Shown here: positions 16,836 to 28,314 of the stretch, piece by piece
Numbering within the stretch: position 1 is the first letter of the stretch
Layout of the letters: the number at the start of each line of letters is the position of its first letter
Assembly: GCA_963693365.1 (NCBI GenBank)
Contig: CAVNZM010000012.1
Span: 4,826,409-4,890,408, forward strand
Source: Amoebidium appalachense
Lineage: Eukaryota > Protista > Ichthyosporea
Reading direction: 5' to 3'
Length of the DNA: 64,000 nt
Notes under the pieces: generated by a model
What the model saw: only the letters and a program-made list of their open reading frames with translations
The model's database searches: none
What the model was told of the DNA's origin: nothing
Translations under genes and position numbers: made by a program

Positions 16836-17120
16836 ACCCCCCGTGATCTTCCCCGCCGTGACTTACGCCACCGACTTGACCGTACCTCCGGCACGGACCT
16901 CCGAACTCGTCTCTCCCGTCAGCACACCAGTTCCCGTTCCCCCTACCGGCCTGCCTTCCGGTCCACGTCCCATTCCCCCAGTCGTTCTCGTTTCTCGGGT
17001 TCCCGTCGTTCTGATTCCCCGGCTCGTTCTAGCGTCCCGTCCCCGAATGAATGCTCCTACTGTCACGAGCCTGACCACAAGATCATCGATTGCCCTGAAC
17101 CGAAATGCCGTATGTCCAGA
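16836..17120 (+). pseudogene. Copia gag C-terminal fragment (host of Ngaro element 1)
   Basis: Ser/Arg-rich region followed by the CSYCHEPDHKIIDC zinc knuckle. The frame resumes at 23544. Confidence 0.8.
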
Positions 17121-17210
17121 CTCTATGAAAACTACTCCGGGACGTGTGTTGCCTCTAGGGGGACATCCCCTTCGACGAAAGTGAACCTGCAATGGTTGTA
17201 AACCACGGCA
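17121..17210 (-). repeat. Ngaro split repeat B2 (B1 at 17689-17778)
   Basis: 90-bp near-identical direct repeat ctctatgaaaac...aaccacggca. Confidence 0.93.
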
Positions 17211-17340
17211 AGCCCCCAGTCATCAATTTATTGATCCGTGAGGTCCTTGCACCCAAAAAACGGGGGAAGTCTTCGCCCCGTGAAAAAACAGCACGTATGT
17301 GGGGATCAATGGGGGTTGAGTGTAGGGTGTAGGTGGGTGG

Positions 17341-17688
17341 GTGAAAAAGAAAATATAGCTGTAAAGCTGTAGGTGCTAAACACAGAAGATGTGTCTGTTG
17401 CTTGCTGATCTGCTAAAAACTGTCGTGCTTATATACCTAAGGCTACCGAACTGAGCCAATCAAAATCGATCTAGTGTTATGTGAAATCTGATCCTGAGCC
17501 AATCAAACTCGGTCTAGTGATCTGTGGAATCTGATGTTTTGATCGGCTAATAGGTGCCCGTATGCGGGCAGCCGAACGCGAACTGCTAAAACATGAAACG
17601 AAGCCTACATGGTTATGTTGATATCGGACACCCATCCTACGTGTTTACCTAGAAAAATATTTATGTCAATAATTTCCACAAATAAAAC
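17341..17688 (-). repeat. Ngaro split repeat A2 (A1 at 23195-23543)
   Basis: About 350-bp near-identical direct repeat that directly abuts B1, giving the B|A circle-junction sequence. Confidence 0.93.
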
Positions 17689-17806
17689 CTCTATGAAAAC
17701 TACTCCGGGACGTGTGTTGCCTCTAGGGGGACATCCCCTTGGACGAAAGTGAACCTGCAATGGTTGTAAACCACGGCACGAGAGCAGTATGCTTGCTCCA
17801 AAGGTT

Positions 17807-18945
17807 TCACTTAAGAATAGAGGCGAATACACGTGTGGTAGTGGCAGCAATGGAGGCCGGGCGAAGTCGGGTATAGATCAGGAAACAGTTGGAGGACCAT
17901 CTGCCGAGTTGTTTGATCCGGGAGTCGTCGACCCCGGCCTCAGCCAGTGCTGTGGCCCCCCCTATGCGGAGGCTGTGGCCGGCAAACCGGGAGGGTGAGA
18001 GGCCTGCCCGGGAAAGGAGGGCACGGAAGTCGACAGAGAAAGCACCCTTGGTGTAGGGAATGCCACCGAGACTGAAGAGGGGGTCGTCGGGTTGACCGGA
18101 CGTTGTATCCAGGAACTGCCGGAGGAGATGGGCTGGGGAGAAGTGGATGAGGGGCAGGGCAGCTAGAGTGACGTGGACACCTCGGGCCTGTACATCCGTC
18201 TTGGAGGTTGGCAGGTGGAGGGTGGCATGGGACAAAGTACTGGTGGGGGTGTATCTGAAGGCCACGTCCTTCCATTTAACGTGACTGGACGGGTCGAAGG
18301 AGGTCAGGGTCTTGGAGGTAAATTCCCCCGAACGGAGGAGACCACAACAACCGACGATGAGGACCGTCCATAGCCGGAGATTGGCCGCGGAGGCCTTGGT
18401 GGGGCACTGGCCATGGAGTAGGCTGAGGTGGGAGGGCAGGAGGGACTCCCTGGTAGATGATCGGGGCCGGATGTTGTGAGAAAGCTGCCATCTGCCCACC
18501 CCTCGTAGGAACCAGGCCAGAGACTTGTCGTGGGGGCAGGGAGCAGGGAGGCCCATGTCAAGGTGGAGTCTGGTGATGGTCGAATTGTAGCCGGCCAAGG
18601 AAGAGGCCTGTATCCCTCGTTGGGCACACCAGGCGAGAAAGAGCTGCACGGTGTGGGGGGAGGCCGGGAGGTAGGACCCGGAGGAGGATTGCAGCCGAGA
18701 TGCCACACAAACATCGATGAACACTTTTTGCACCCGGGAGTAAAAGGCCCGAGAGTCGAGGTTGAGACTCAGGGCCTGGCATTCGTGCAGGGTAGTGGTG
18801 GCTCGAAGCAGCTCGGCCGGAGCAAAGTGGCCCGGGGGCCAATCTGCCAGCGTTGCTCCGGAAGGGGAGATCTGGGGGGGGGGGGGGGGGGGGGGTGTTA
18901 TCCCAGAATAAGGATAGGAACTCGTGGACCCAGGAGGGGAAGGGG
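17807..18945 (-). CDS. Tyrosine recombinase, catalytically complete copy
   Basis: Catalytic motifs GLLRSGE (R), SKTD (K), GHSLRIGGAT (HxxR), GRW (W) and FLIYTR (Y). The natural N-terminus is displaced by the duplication. Confidence 0.93.
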
Positions 18946-19839
18946 CCGGCAAACCGGGAGGGTGAGAGGCCTGCCCGGGAAAGGAGGGCACGGAAGTCGA
19001 CAGAGAAAGCACCCTTGGTGTAGGGAATGCCACCGAGACTGAAGAGGGGGTCGTCGGGTTGACCGGACGTTGTATCCAGGAACTGCCGGAGGAGATGGGC
19101 TGGGGAGAAGTGGGTGCCAAGGGGCAGGGCAGCTAGAGTGACGTTGACACCTCGGGCCTGTACATCCGTCTTAGAGGTTGGCAGGTGGAGGGTGGCATGG
19201 GACAAAGTACCGGTGGGGGTGTAGCTGAAGGTCACGTCCTTCCGTTTAACGTGACGGGACGGGTCGAAGGAAGTCAGGGTCTTGGAGGTAAATTCCCCCG
19301 AACGGAGGAGACCACAGAAACCGACGATGAGGGCCGTCCATAGCCGGAGATTGGCCGAGGAGGCCTTGGTGGGGCACTGGCCATGGAGTAGGCTGAGGTG
19401 GGAGGGCAGGAGGGGTTCCCTGGTGGATGAGCGGGGTCGGATGTTGTGGGAAAGCTGCCATCTGCCCACCCCTCGTAGGAACCAGGCCAGAGACTTGTCG
19501 TGGGGGTAAGGAGCAGGGAGGCCCATGTCGAGGTGGAGCCTGGTGATGGCCGAATTGTAGCCCATCAAGGAAGAGGCCTGTACCCCTCGTTGGGCACACC
19601 AGGCGAGAAAAAGTTGCATGGTGTGTGGGGAGGCCGGGAGGGAGGACCCGGAGGAGGATTGCAGCCGAGATGCCACACAGAAATCGATGAACACTTTTTG
19701 CACCCGGGAGTAAAAGGCCCGAGAGTCGAGGTTGAGACTCAGGGCCTGGCATTCCTGCAGGGTAATGGTAGCTCGAAGCAGCTCGGCCGGAGCAAAGTGG
19801 GGGGCCAATCTGCCAGCGTTGCTCCGGAAGGGGAGATCT

Positions 19840-19871
<32 letters not shown>

Positions 19872-19984
19872 GCCCAGGGGAAGGGATAGGAACTCGTGGA
19901 CCCTGGAGGGGAAGGGGCAGGGCTCCGGTTGCAGGGAAGGCCGGAGTCGTCGGGCCCGGGGAAGTTGGTTACGAGAAATGGCAT
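18946..19984 (-). pseudogene. Second YR copy lacking HxxR and the catalytic Tyr
   Basis: Same protein as 17807-18945 up to SRFAG, then it jumps to PFPSWVHEF. There is a small frameshifting deletion near 19800. Confidence 0.9.
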
Positions 19985-21720
19985 CGGCTAGATGGTTGAG
20001 GGGTCCTGGTAGGTAGGATGCCTGTAACGTAAATTGGTATTGCATTTCCATGCGGGTGATGAACCGAATAAGTTTGGCCATCACGGGGTGGGGGGAAGAC
20101 CGGGAGTGCAGGTCAGACACAGCACCCGTGTTGTCGCATAAAATACGGACATGGTGGGTGGACCAGGAGGGGGCCCAGAGGGCCACGGCGGCTGCGATGG
20201 CCAAGAGTTCGATGACGGAAGAACCGAGTTTACCCTCATGAGCATAGAGATCTTGGGTGGAGGGGGACCAGGGCATGAAAAACCATTGGTCGAGCCAGTG
20301 GCCTCCTAGACCCACTGATCCGGCAGCATCGGTGGCCAGGGTGGTGTATGTGGGGGGTGTGATGAGGTGCACCCCATTCCATGATGTGAGGAACTGGTGC
20401 CACTCGGCTATGTCGGCCCGGGCGGCAGCAGTCAGCCGTATGTGGTGGTGGCCGGCAAGGTGTGGGTGGGTCCGGAGAAGGGCCCATAGGCGCTGGGAGA
20501 AGGCCCTCCCGGGGGGAACCAGCTGGGCACACCAGGTGAGTTTGCCGAGGAGGGATTGGAGGTCCCGAATGGTGATGGTGGGCTTTGGGTGGGAAGTGAG
20601 GTCGAGTAGGTCCGAGAGCTTGGAAGCCGGGATTCGTGCCTCATGATGGCGATGGAGTCGAATTCGATACCGATGAAGACGATACGGGTAGCCGGGCCCT
20701 GCATCTTGTCTTCGGAGATGGCAATGTGCAGCTCTCGGCAGAGTTGCAGGAAGGTGGATAGGTGACGTTGGCACTGCTCTTGGGTGGGGGCGACTATAAT
20801 CCAGTCGTCTACGTAGTGGCGGATGAGGGTAACACCGTGCTGGTGTGCCAGCTACTGTAGGGTGGCCGCGATCCGTTCCCAGATGGCTGGGCTAGATTTC
20901 AGGCCGAAGGGCAGTCTGGTTTCAACGTAAAAATGCCCCTGCCATTTGAATGCCATTAAGTGATGGTCTTCTGGTCGGATGGGCATGTGCCGGATTCCGA
21001 AAGCAGCCTGCACATCTGCCACGGCCATGTAGCAGCCGGGGCCTGCGTCGAGAATGAGCTGGGTGACATCCCGGGCGCGAATGTACTGAAGTTCGTAGGG
21101 GTAGGTGATGCTGTCATTGACACTGCTGCCCCGGGGCCAGGAGAGGTGGTGGATTCGACGGTACTTGGGGGGGTTCCCTTTCTTGGTAACGGCGCCGATG
21201 GGGGAGGAACGGTGGACCGGAAATTCGTCAAAGAATTGGGCCGGGGAGAGGGGGCCGCGCAGGTGGCCGAGGGCGACTTCTTTGGCAATATCCGCCGTGA
21301 TAGCGGCAGCTGCCTCCGGGGTGGTGGGTAGGTTGGGGCCCACCCGAGAGGTGGAGGGGCCGCGATAGCCTACCGATGTCGACACCGAATTCAACATCGT
21401 GGAGGAGCTGTGCGGCGAATGATTGGTCTGGGTAGGAGGCCAGCAGCTCCCGGAGGCGGGAGGTGTCAATGTGGTGCTGGGGCAGCGGGCGGGCCTCCGG
21501 GTCTGAGCCTCGGGGGAAGGGGGTGGTTAGCAAGGGTGGGGCACCCTCGGGGAGATCCCGGCAGCGGGGGGGGGGGGGGGGGAGGGGGGGGGGGGGGGGG
21601 GGCAGCAGGGCCCCGGGGGGTTAGAGTAGGGCAGCTGGGCCCGAGGGAGGGTTGGCAGGGAGGGCAGCGGGGCCCTGTGCAGGGGAATGTGCCCGAGCAC
21701 GCGGGGGTGTGGGCGGACAC
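19869..21720 (-). pseudogene. Ngaro RT-RNase H, disrupted
   Basis: YRRIHHLSWP, RLPFGLKSSP, YVDD, and RNase H motifs TDAAG, ELLA, CDN and ADAISR. In-frame TAG at 20852 plus frameshifts. Confidence 0.92.
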
Positions 21721-21994
21721 AGAGGTAGAAGAAGGGGGGGGGAGGGAGTGCTAGGTGAGTGTAAGGGGGGGGGAGGCTCGTGGGATGGGGGGGGAGTAAA
21801 ATTATGTGCAGTGGCCAGAATAAACGTCTTTGTGTAGGGACATTTATTCTTGGCGCGCGCGGGCGCCGTAGTTGGCCTGCGAAAATTTGTACTCAGCCCT
21901 ATTGGCCCGTTCTCCCGAGCTCCATTTCCTTGTACCTGTGTGTCCTAGCTCCTAGCCCCTATGTTCTAGCTGTGTGTGTGGGTGTGCGCGTAGA

Positions 21995-23165
21995 CTAGGC
22001 ATTGTGCTTGCAGTCTTTTTTGTGGGGGTGTGTGCCAGAGCAGAGCGGGCACACGTGGGAGAAGGGGCAGGGCTGCTTAGCGCAGGACCGACCGTTAATG
22101 TGGAAATTCCTGCAGTGCGTCGCGGGTAGATCCACGGGTCGGGCCAGTTTTGCCGGGCCGGGTTGCGGGCCAGGGCGGTTAGGGGTTTGACCCCCGCCGG
22201 GCTTGTGGGGCGGCTTAAAGCCGTCAAGACCACAGCCGGGCTTGGGGTACATGGGGCAGGCCGCGCTGGGGTGGTCGGGGAAGCCACAGCGCTGACATGC
22301 GTCCGGGATGAGCAGAGTGGGTGGCAGGAGGAGATCCTCGTGGAGTTGGGCGAGCAGGTTGGGACACTCGATCGGAGCCCGACCCTGCTGGTGGGCAACG
22401 GTACGGGCGTATACGTCATAGTTGTGGATCTGGGCCCACGGGTATCGGGTGCTGAGGCGAGTGATGTGCTGAGTCCAAAGTACGTCCTTGTCCGTGGGGA
22501 GGCCGAGGTGGTGCTTGGCGGCCATGTACTACATGGGTCCAAGCTTGGATCCAAATGACGAGTGAACGCAGGGGAACGGGTTTGTCATGGCGAAAAGTCT
22601 CGATGCTGCCGTCGTCGGCCATGCGCAGCTGCTGACCTTTCTTGGATGGGGCCAGGAGGGCTGCGGGGGTGAACTTATACAGGTCGACGAAACGATTGGC
22701 GCGCAAATCTGCCAGCACATCCGCGGGGGGAAGCGGGAGTGTGCCCGGCTGAATGTCGCCAGTGTTCTCACCTGTGATGGGGGGCGCGGGCAGGGCAGGT
22801 AGGTCTAGGTCAGGGCCGAGATGCAGCCCCGGGGAAACCTCCCCGGGTGCGGAGGGCGCGGCGGGGGGCGCGGGAGGGTCGCGGTTGGTGAGAGCGGCCA
22901 GGACGCCAGCAATCTGGGTGCTGATGGCGGTGAGGGCGGCAAGGACGGCGTCTTGAGAAGTCATTGTCGGGGACGGCGGAGCCTGAGGGGGGACTTCAGG
23001 AGTGGAGGGGAGAGTAGCCGGAGGGTCCGTGGTGCTATGGGCCGCTGGAGGCGCGTCAGTGTCCGCGGGAGCGTTGGTCAGCCTGTGGCGGAGGTCGCTG
23101 CGGGTCAGGCGCTTAGGTGCCGCGGCAGCGGCGGTGGCTGAGGCCTGGCGCTTTTTCGGCGGCAT
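21995..23165 (-). pseudogene. Ngaro Gag-like ORF with C-terminal zinc fingers, frameshifted near 22530
   Basis: MPPKKRQ... Pro-rich N-terminus, RFVDLYKF, and CQRCGFPDHPSAAC plus CRNFH...C...C..SHVCPLC...H...C motifs. Confidence 0.85.
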
Positions 23166-23194
23166 GCTGACCGGCGTAGGGAAAGATGGGGAGA

Positions 23195-23543
23195 GTGAAA
23201 AAAGAAAATATAGCTGTAAAGCTGTAGGTGCTAAACACAGAAGATGTGTCTGTTGCTTGCTGATCTGCTAAAAACTGTTGTGCTTATATACCTAAGGCTA
23301 CCGAACTGAGCCAATCAAAATCGATCTAGTGTTATGTGAAATCTGATCCTGAGCCAATCAAACTCGGTCTAGTGATCTGTGGAATGTGATGTTTTGATCG
23401 GCTAATAGGTGCCCGTATGCGGGTAGCCGAACGCGAACTGCTAAAACATGAAACGAAGCCTACATGGTTATGTTGATATCGGACACCCATCCTACGTGTT
23501 TACCCAGAAAAATATTTATGTCAATAATTTCCACAAATAAAAC
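23195..23543 (-). promoter_or_regulatory. Repeat A1 carrying the probable element promoter
   Basis: A tandem ~42-bp unit with GAGCCAATCAAA (CCAAT boxes) and minus-strand TATATAA about 120 bp upstream of the gag ATG. Confidence 0.6.
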
Positions 23544-24443
23544 CACAACCGTTCCCGTCAAGGCCGTGAGAAATCCGTCTCCTTTGCCTTCTCTGCATAC
23601 AATGCTAGCTCCGTCCCCGTGTCTTCCGACCCTGCCTGGGATTCCGGGTGCAACATGACTGTCTGCCCCACCCGTGAGTTCTTCCACGATCTCATTCCCC
23701 TTCCGACACCGACTCCCGTTGCTGCCTTCAACGGGACCCCCGTCCTGGCCACCCACACCGGCCATATTGTTGTTTTGTGTGGGTCACACGGAGAAGCAGA
23801 GAGCACAGATGGGTGTTATGTTATACACAACACAGAGACACACAGGAGAAACACAACCGGAGAGGTGGAACGATTTCTGGAACCATAGGAAATGAATTCA
23901 ACTGCTTGATATCAACAAACTAATAAACATGTGTAAAACTCAACTTCTAGGTCTTGCCGTTAATCATGGGAAGATGACACATATCGTCATCAACACCACG
24001 ACCGACCATGGCACTGCCACCCTTACCATTGAGGCCTACTACACCCCGTCTGGCCAAGCCTTCCTCATCTCAACATCCCAAGCTGCTGCCGAATACGTCG
24101 CGATCGAGGGTGATTTGAATGATGCCTCCAATCCGTCATTCCTCTTCGACCGACTCACAGGCCGTCACCTCGTCAATCTCCGTCTACACAACGGTCTGTA
24201 TTACTTCACACACTACACGATTCAACCACCCACTCGTCCTGTGGCTCTGGCTGCCACTACCAGTGTTAACCCGTCCACCTGACACCATCGTCTGGGGCAC
24301 CGTGCTATGACCAGCATCAAGGAAATGGTGAAACACGACCTTGTCATCGGCCTCCCCTCGTCAGTCCTCGACTGTGATGTTCCTGATTGTCATGGCTGCA
24401 TCATGGGTAAAACCACCAAGGCTCCGTTCAAGGGTGACCGTCC
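23544..24443 (+). pseudogene. Copia protease and GAG-pre-integrase remnant, interrupted by a solo LTR
   Basis: AWDSGCNMTVCP protease site, NGLY, and (W to stop)HHRLGH...CHGCIMGKTTKAPF. Confidence 0.88.
23768..23979 (-). mobile_element. Internally deleted solo LTR with 5-bp TSD
   Basis: TG...CA ends, CATAT duplicated at 23763-23767 and 23980-23984, and both ends match the 24444-25255 LTR. Confidence 0.88.
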
Positions 24444-26105
24444 TGTTATTTTGTGTGGGTAAACGGAGTAGCAGAGAGCACAGATGGGTGTTATGTTATA
24501 CACAACACAGAGACACGCGGGAGAAACTTTCACAACCGGAGAGGTGGAACGATTTCTGGAACCATAGGAAATGAATTCAACTGCTTGCCAAAGTATTTAT
24601 TTCAAGATGGAGTTCCTTTTACCCTCAGGAATGTGAAATCGATAAGCCAATCAAAAGAACGAAAACTCTATTATCCAATCAGAAAGACGAAAACTATGAG
24701 GGTAAAATAAATCGATCGAAATGCCTGTCGACACATAGAAGATAAAACGCAATCTCCTAATGAAAGAAATCTTCTAATAAAAGTACGGAAACATTTAACA
24801 AAATGAAACCACTTATGTATCTATTAGTTCACATCATATATTTATACATGTTCTTAACATAACACGTCTAAATATAAGTATTCCTAATAGTTGGGGAACA
24901 TAGAACAATGCTACATCGTGGGAAAAGAAGGAAGAGGAATGAGGATAGAAAGGAATGGAATGGGAAAGGAATCGACTAGAATTAATGAGGAATGTAGGTT
25001 ACTATATTTGGGAAAATAAAACGAGATCTGATTGGACAACATATTTAGACATTGACGCAAACAACAATACCGTGACGTGTGCACGGGCTAAATAGCTCGA
25101 TGTGTACACAGATCTAAGATATCTGTGCACATGGAAACGGAAAGGAAAGAAAGAAAGGAAGAAAGGAAAAGGGAAAAGGAAACAACTACAACAAACTAAT
25201 AAACAAATGTAAAACTCAACTTCTAAGTCTTGCCGTTAATCATGGGAAGATGACATCCCCACTCAAGTTTGTTGATGTGACTGTTGATGTCAATACTCTC
25301 ACACTTGTAGAAGCAGGTGCCGTGACGTCACATTCAAGTTTCCCCACTCGAGAAGACAAATGGAGAAGACTTGAAGTGGCAAGCCGGGGAAGAAAACCAA
25401 AACGGAAGAAGCACACAACGACGGTTGCCTCAGAAGACTCGAAACAGGACGGTAGCCAACGACGATATATATATATAAGAAAACACTAGTGTATATGTGA
25501 CATGTCGGTGGCTAATGTTTTATACTGGGGCCCACCCAGATAAACACAAGGCATGAACATCTTGTGGACTCGGACTGATTTATAGACTGGTGGTAACCAG
25601 TTAAGACACGGGGAAGGTACATCCCGAGGACTAGGTTTAGACTGGCAGTCAACCAGCACGCCATGGCTATAGATATTTATTTATACTGGGACGCCATCCC
25701 AGTTCGACATATACATAAGTCGAATATAAAAGAAAACCAATATATATGGTGGTATATAAATAAACGACGGATGGTGGAGAAGGAAGTCCCCACTGAAGAT
25801 GCACACACAGTGTCACTGAAGATCGATGAAGACAGCAGTAGACTTTCGTTGGGAGGTGTCTCTACGCGGTGATGTGTAGACCGCTGGCCGGGGCCCCAAC
25901 CTACTTGAAGACCACTGTAGATGAACGGGGGGGAGGGGGGGGGGGGGGGGGGGGGCACACTCAGTCACGAAGACTGAGGGAAGCACGGTGCTGCTCGTGG
26001 GAGGGCCCAGGCAGGGCCTTGGTGAAGATGTCGGCCACGTTGTCCTTGTTGGACACGTAGGTGACGACCACATCCCCACTCTTGATGTAGTCCTTCGTGT
26101 TGCAA
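24444..26105 (-). mobile_element. 3' fragment of a second Copia family: LTR 24444-25255, PPT, 3' region and RNase H end
   Basis: Minus-strand GAGTGGGGA PPT followed by TGTCATC...AACA. 25961-26100 encodes KDYIKSGDVVVTYVSNKDNVADIFTKALPGPSHEQHRASLSLRD*. Confidence 0.85.
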
Positions 26106-26155
26106 TCCCTTAGACCCGTACAAAACAACACACACACACACACACACACACCGTG

Positions 26156-26310
<155 letters not shown>

Positions 26311-26448
26311 AGGATGAGTGAGTGGACATATAATGTATGAGCAAGTGCAGGTGAAATGGTAGCAAATAGCTATATTAGGCACCACATAATACGACAGAAC
26401 TACAGCATGCATGCACGTACGCGCATGGTTGCGGGCATGATCACGTAG

Positions 26449-26499
<51 letters not shown>

Positions 26500-26501
<2 letters not shown>

Positions 26502-27251
26502 TTGTTTTGTACGGGTCTAAGGGAGCAGAGTGCACAGAGGTGTCATGTAAAACACGACTAACACATTAATGAGAGGGCAATCGGAGTTGTTCACGAGACA
26601 TTGAAAGATTCAAACAACAACTGATTCTTTATTGTGCTCTCGGTTCCTTTGTACTTGCGACTTATCACCTTATCACAACTAAAGAGGGAGAACCAATCGG
26701 TTCTATCAGAAGATAGAAGAACACATTCCGACAGAGCATACGCATTCCAACTTCTGATTAAACTAAAGTTTAGAAACTCTTACTTAAATAAATTAAGTAA
26801 TTATACATCTAGTCACTATTAACTCACATATATATTTATGTTCGTCTCTATAAAGAAACTTATTTAAATACACATATTTCCTAATAGTCGACACTCTCAA
26901 AGTGAAGACACTTTGCAATAAACCGAATTCCATATATAATATCTATTGTCCAATCACAACACACATATATTAATAGACAGGAATGCACAACACGATCTAC
27001 AGATGTACTCGCTCGCGACTATTGGCGAGCCATCCTTTTGAGAACAAAACTAAGCCATTTTGAAATAAAGGAAAGACAACGAGTGTAGCTAGCCAATCAC
27101 GCTACCTCTCAGATAAACAGAGTAGAGCAAACAGAAATAAAATACAATAAGTTCTTATCAGGCAAGAGAGCCAGGTGTGCACAGATCTTCAGATACCTGT
27201 GCTCACAGAAACAAGGGAGAGAGAGATACGGGGGGGGGGGGGGGGGGGGGG

Positions 27252-27349
<98 letters not shown>

Positions 27350-27520
27350 ACAAAGAAGGAAAGCAGACACGAATACAAACAAGCTAAGACACATACATAC
27401 TTCAAGGCTCTTGCTGTCATACATGGTGACGTATTCCAACACACACTGGCACACACACACACACACACACATGAGGAATGTAGGTTACTGTATTTGGGAA
27501 AATTTAACGAGATCTGATTC
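26500..27520 (-). repeat. Diverged, truncated LTR related to 24444-25255
   Basis: Shares the tgttgttttgt..gggt..agcagag end, ttcctaatagt, and atgaggaatgtaggttact...acgagatctgatt blocks. Confidence 0.65.
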
Positions 27521-28314
27521 TGTTTCAGGTGCCATGTTCTGAACTATCTTTTTCACATCGTTTTGCATTTTGAAAAAGAAATGCCTTGTTTTTGGAGATG
27601 TTTGTTGAAAAAAATATCAAATAATGGTTGTTTATGAAAAACTACTCCGGGACGTGTGTTGCCTCTAGGGGGACATCCCCTTGGACGAAAGTGAACCTGC
27701 AATGGTTGTAAACCACGGCAAGCCCCCAGTCATCAATTTATTGATCCGTGAGGTCCTTGTGCCCAAAAAACGGGGGAAGTCTTCGCCCCGTGAAAAAACA
27801 GCACGTATGTGTGGATCAATGGGGGTTGAGTGTGGGTGTAGGTGGGTGGGTGAAAAGAAAATATAGCTGTAAGGCTGTAGGTGCTAAACACAGAAGATGT
27901 GCTTGTAGCTTGCTGATCTGCTAAAAACTGTCGTGCTATATACCTAAGCCTACCGATCTGAGCCAATCAAAATCGATCTAGTGATATGTGAAATCTGATC
28001 CGAGCCAATCAAACTCGGTCTAGTGATATGTGGAATCTGACGTTTTGATTGGCTAATAGGTGCCCGTGTGCGGGCAGCCAACCGCGAACTGCTAAAACAC
28101 GAAACGAAGCCTACATGGTTATGTTGATACCGAACACTCATCCTACGTGTTTACCCAGAAAAATATTTATGTCAATAAAACTCCACAAATAAAACCTCTA
28201 TGAAAAACTACTCCGGGACGTGTGTTGCCTCTAGGGGGACATCCCCTTGGACGAAAGTGAACCTGCAATGGTTGTAAACCACGGCACGAGAGCAGTATGC
28301 TTGCTCCAAAGGTT

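Larger units (their letters stand above)
17121..23543 (-). mobile_element. Ngaro-type (DIRS order) tyrosine-recombinase retrotransposon, copy 1, with internal YR duplication
   Basis: Split direct repeats arranged A1 (23195-23543) - gag - RT/RNaseH - YR - B1 (17689-17778) - A2 (17341-17688) - spacer - B2 (17121-17210). No TSD. Confidence 0.95.

Noticed and set aside
17121-17210. Hammerhead ribozyme in repeat B, suggested by GGACGAAA and small hairpins
   Set aside because: There is no CUGANGA core on either strand, and the helices do not fit the hammerhead fold.
17807-19808. Phage integrase or prophage
   Set aside because: The YR is linked to gag, RT/RNase H and split direct repeats, which identifies a DIRS-order retrotransposon.
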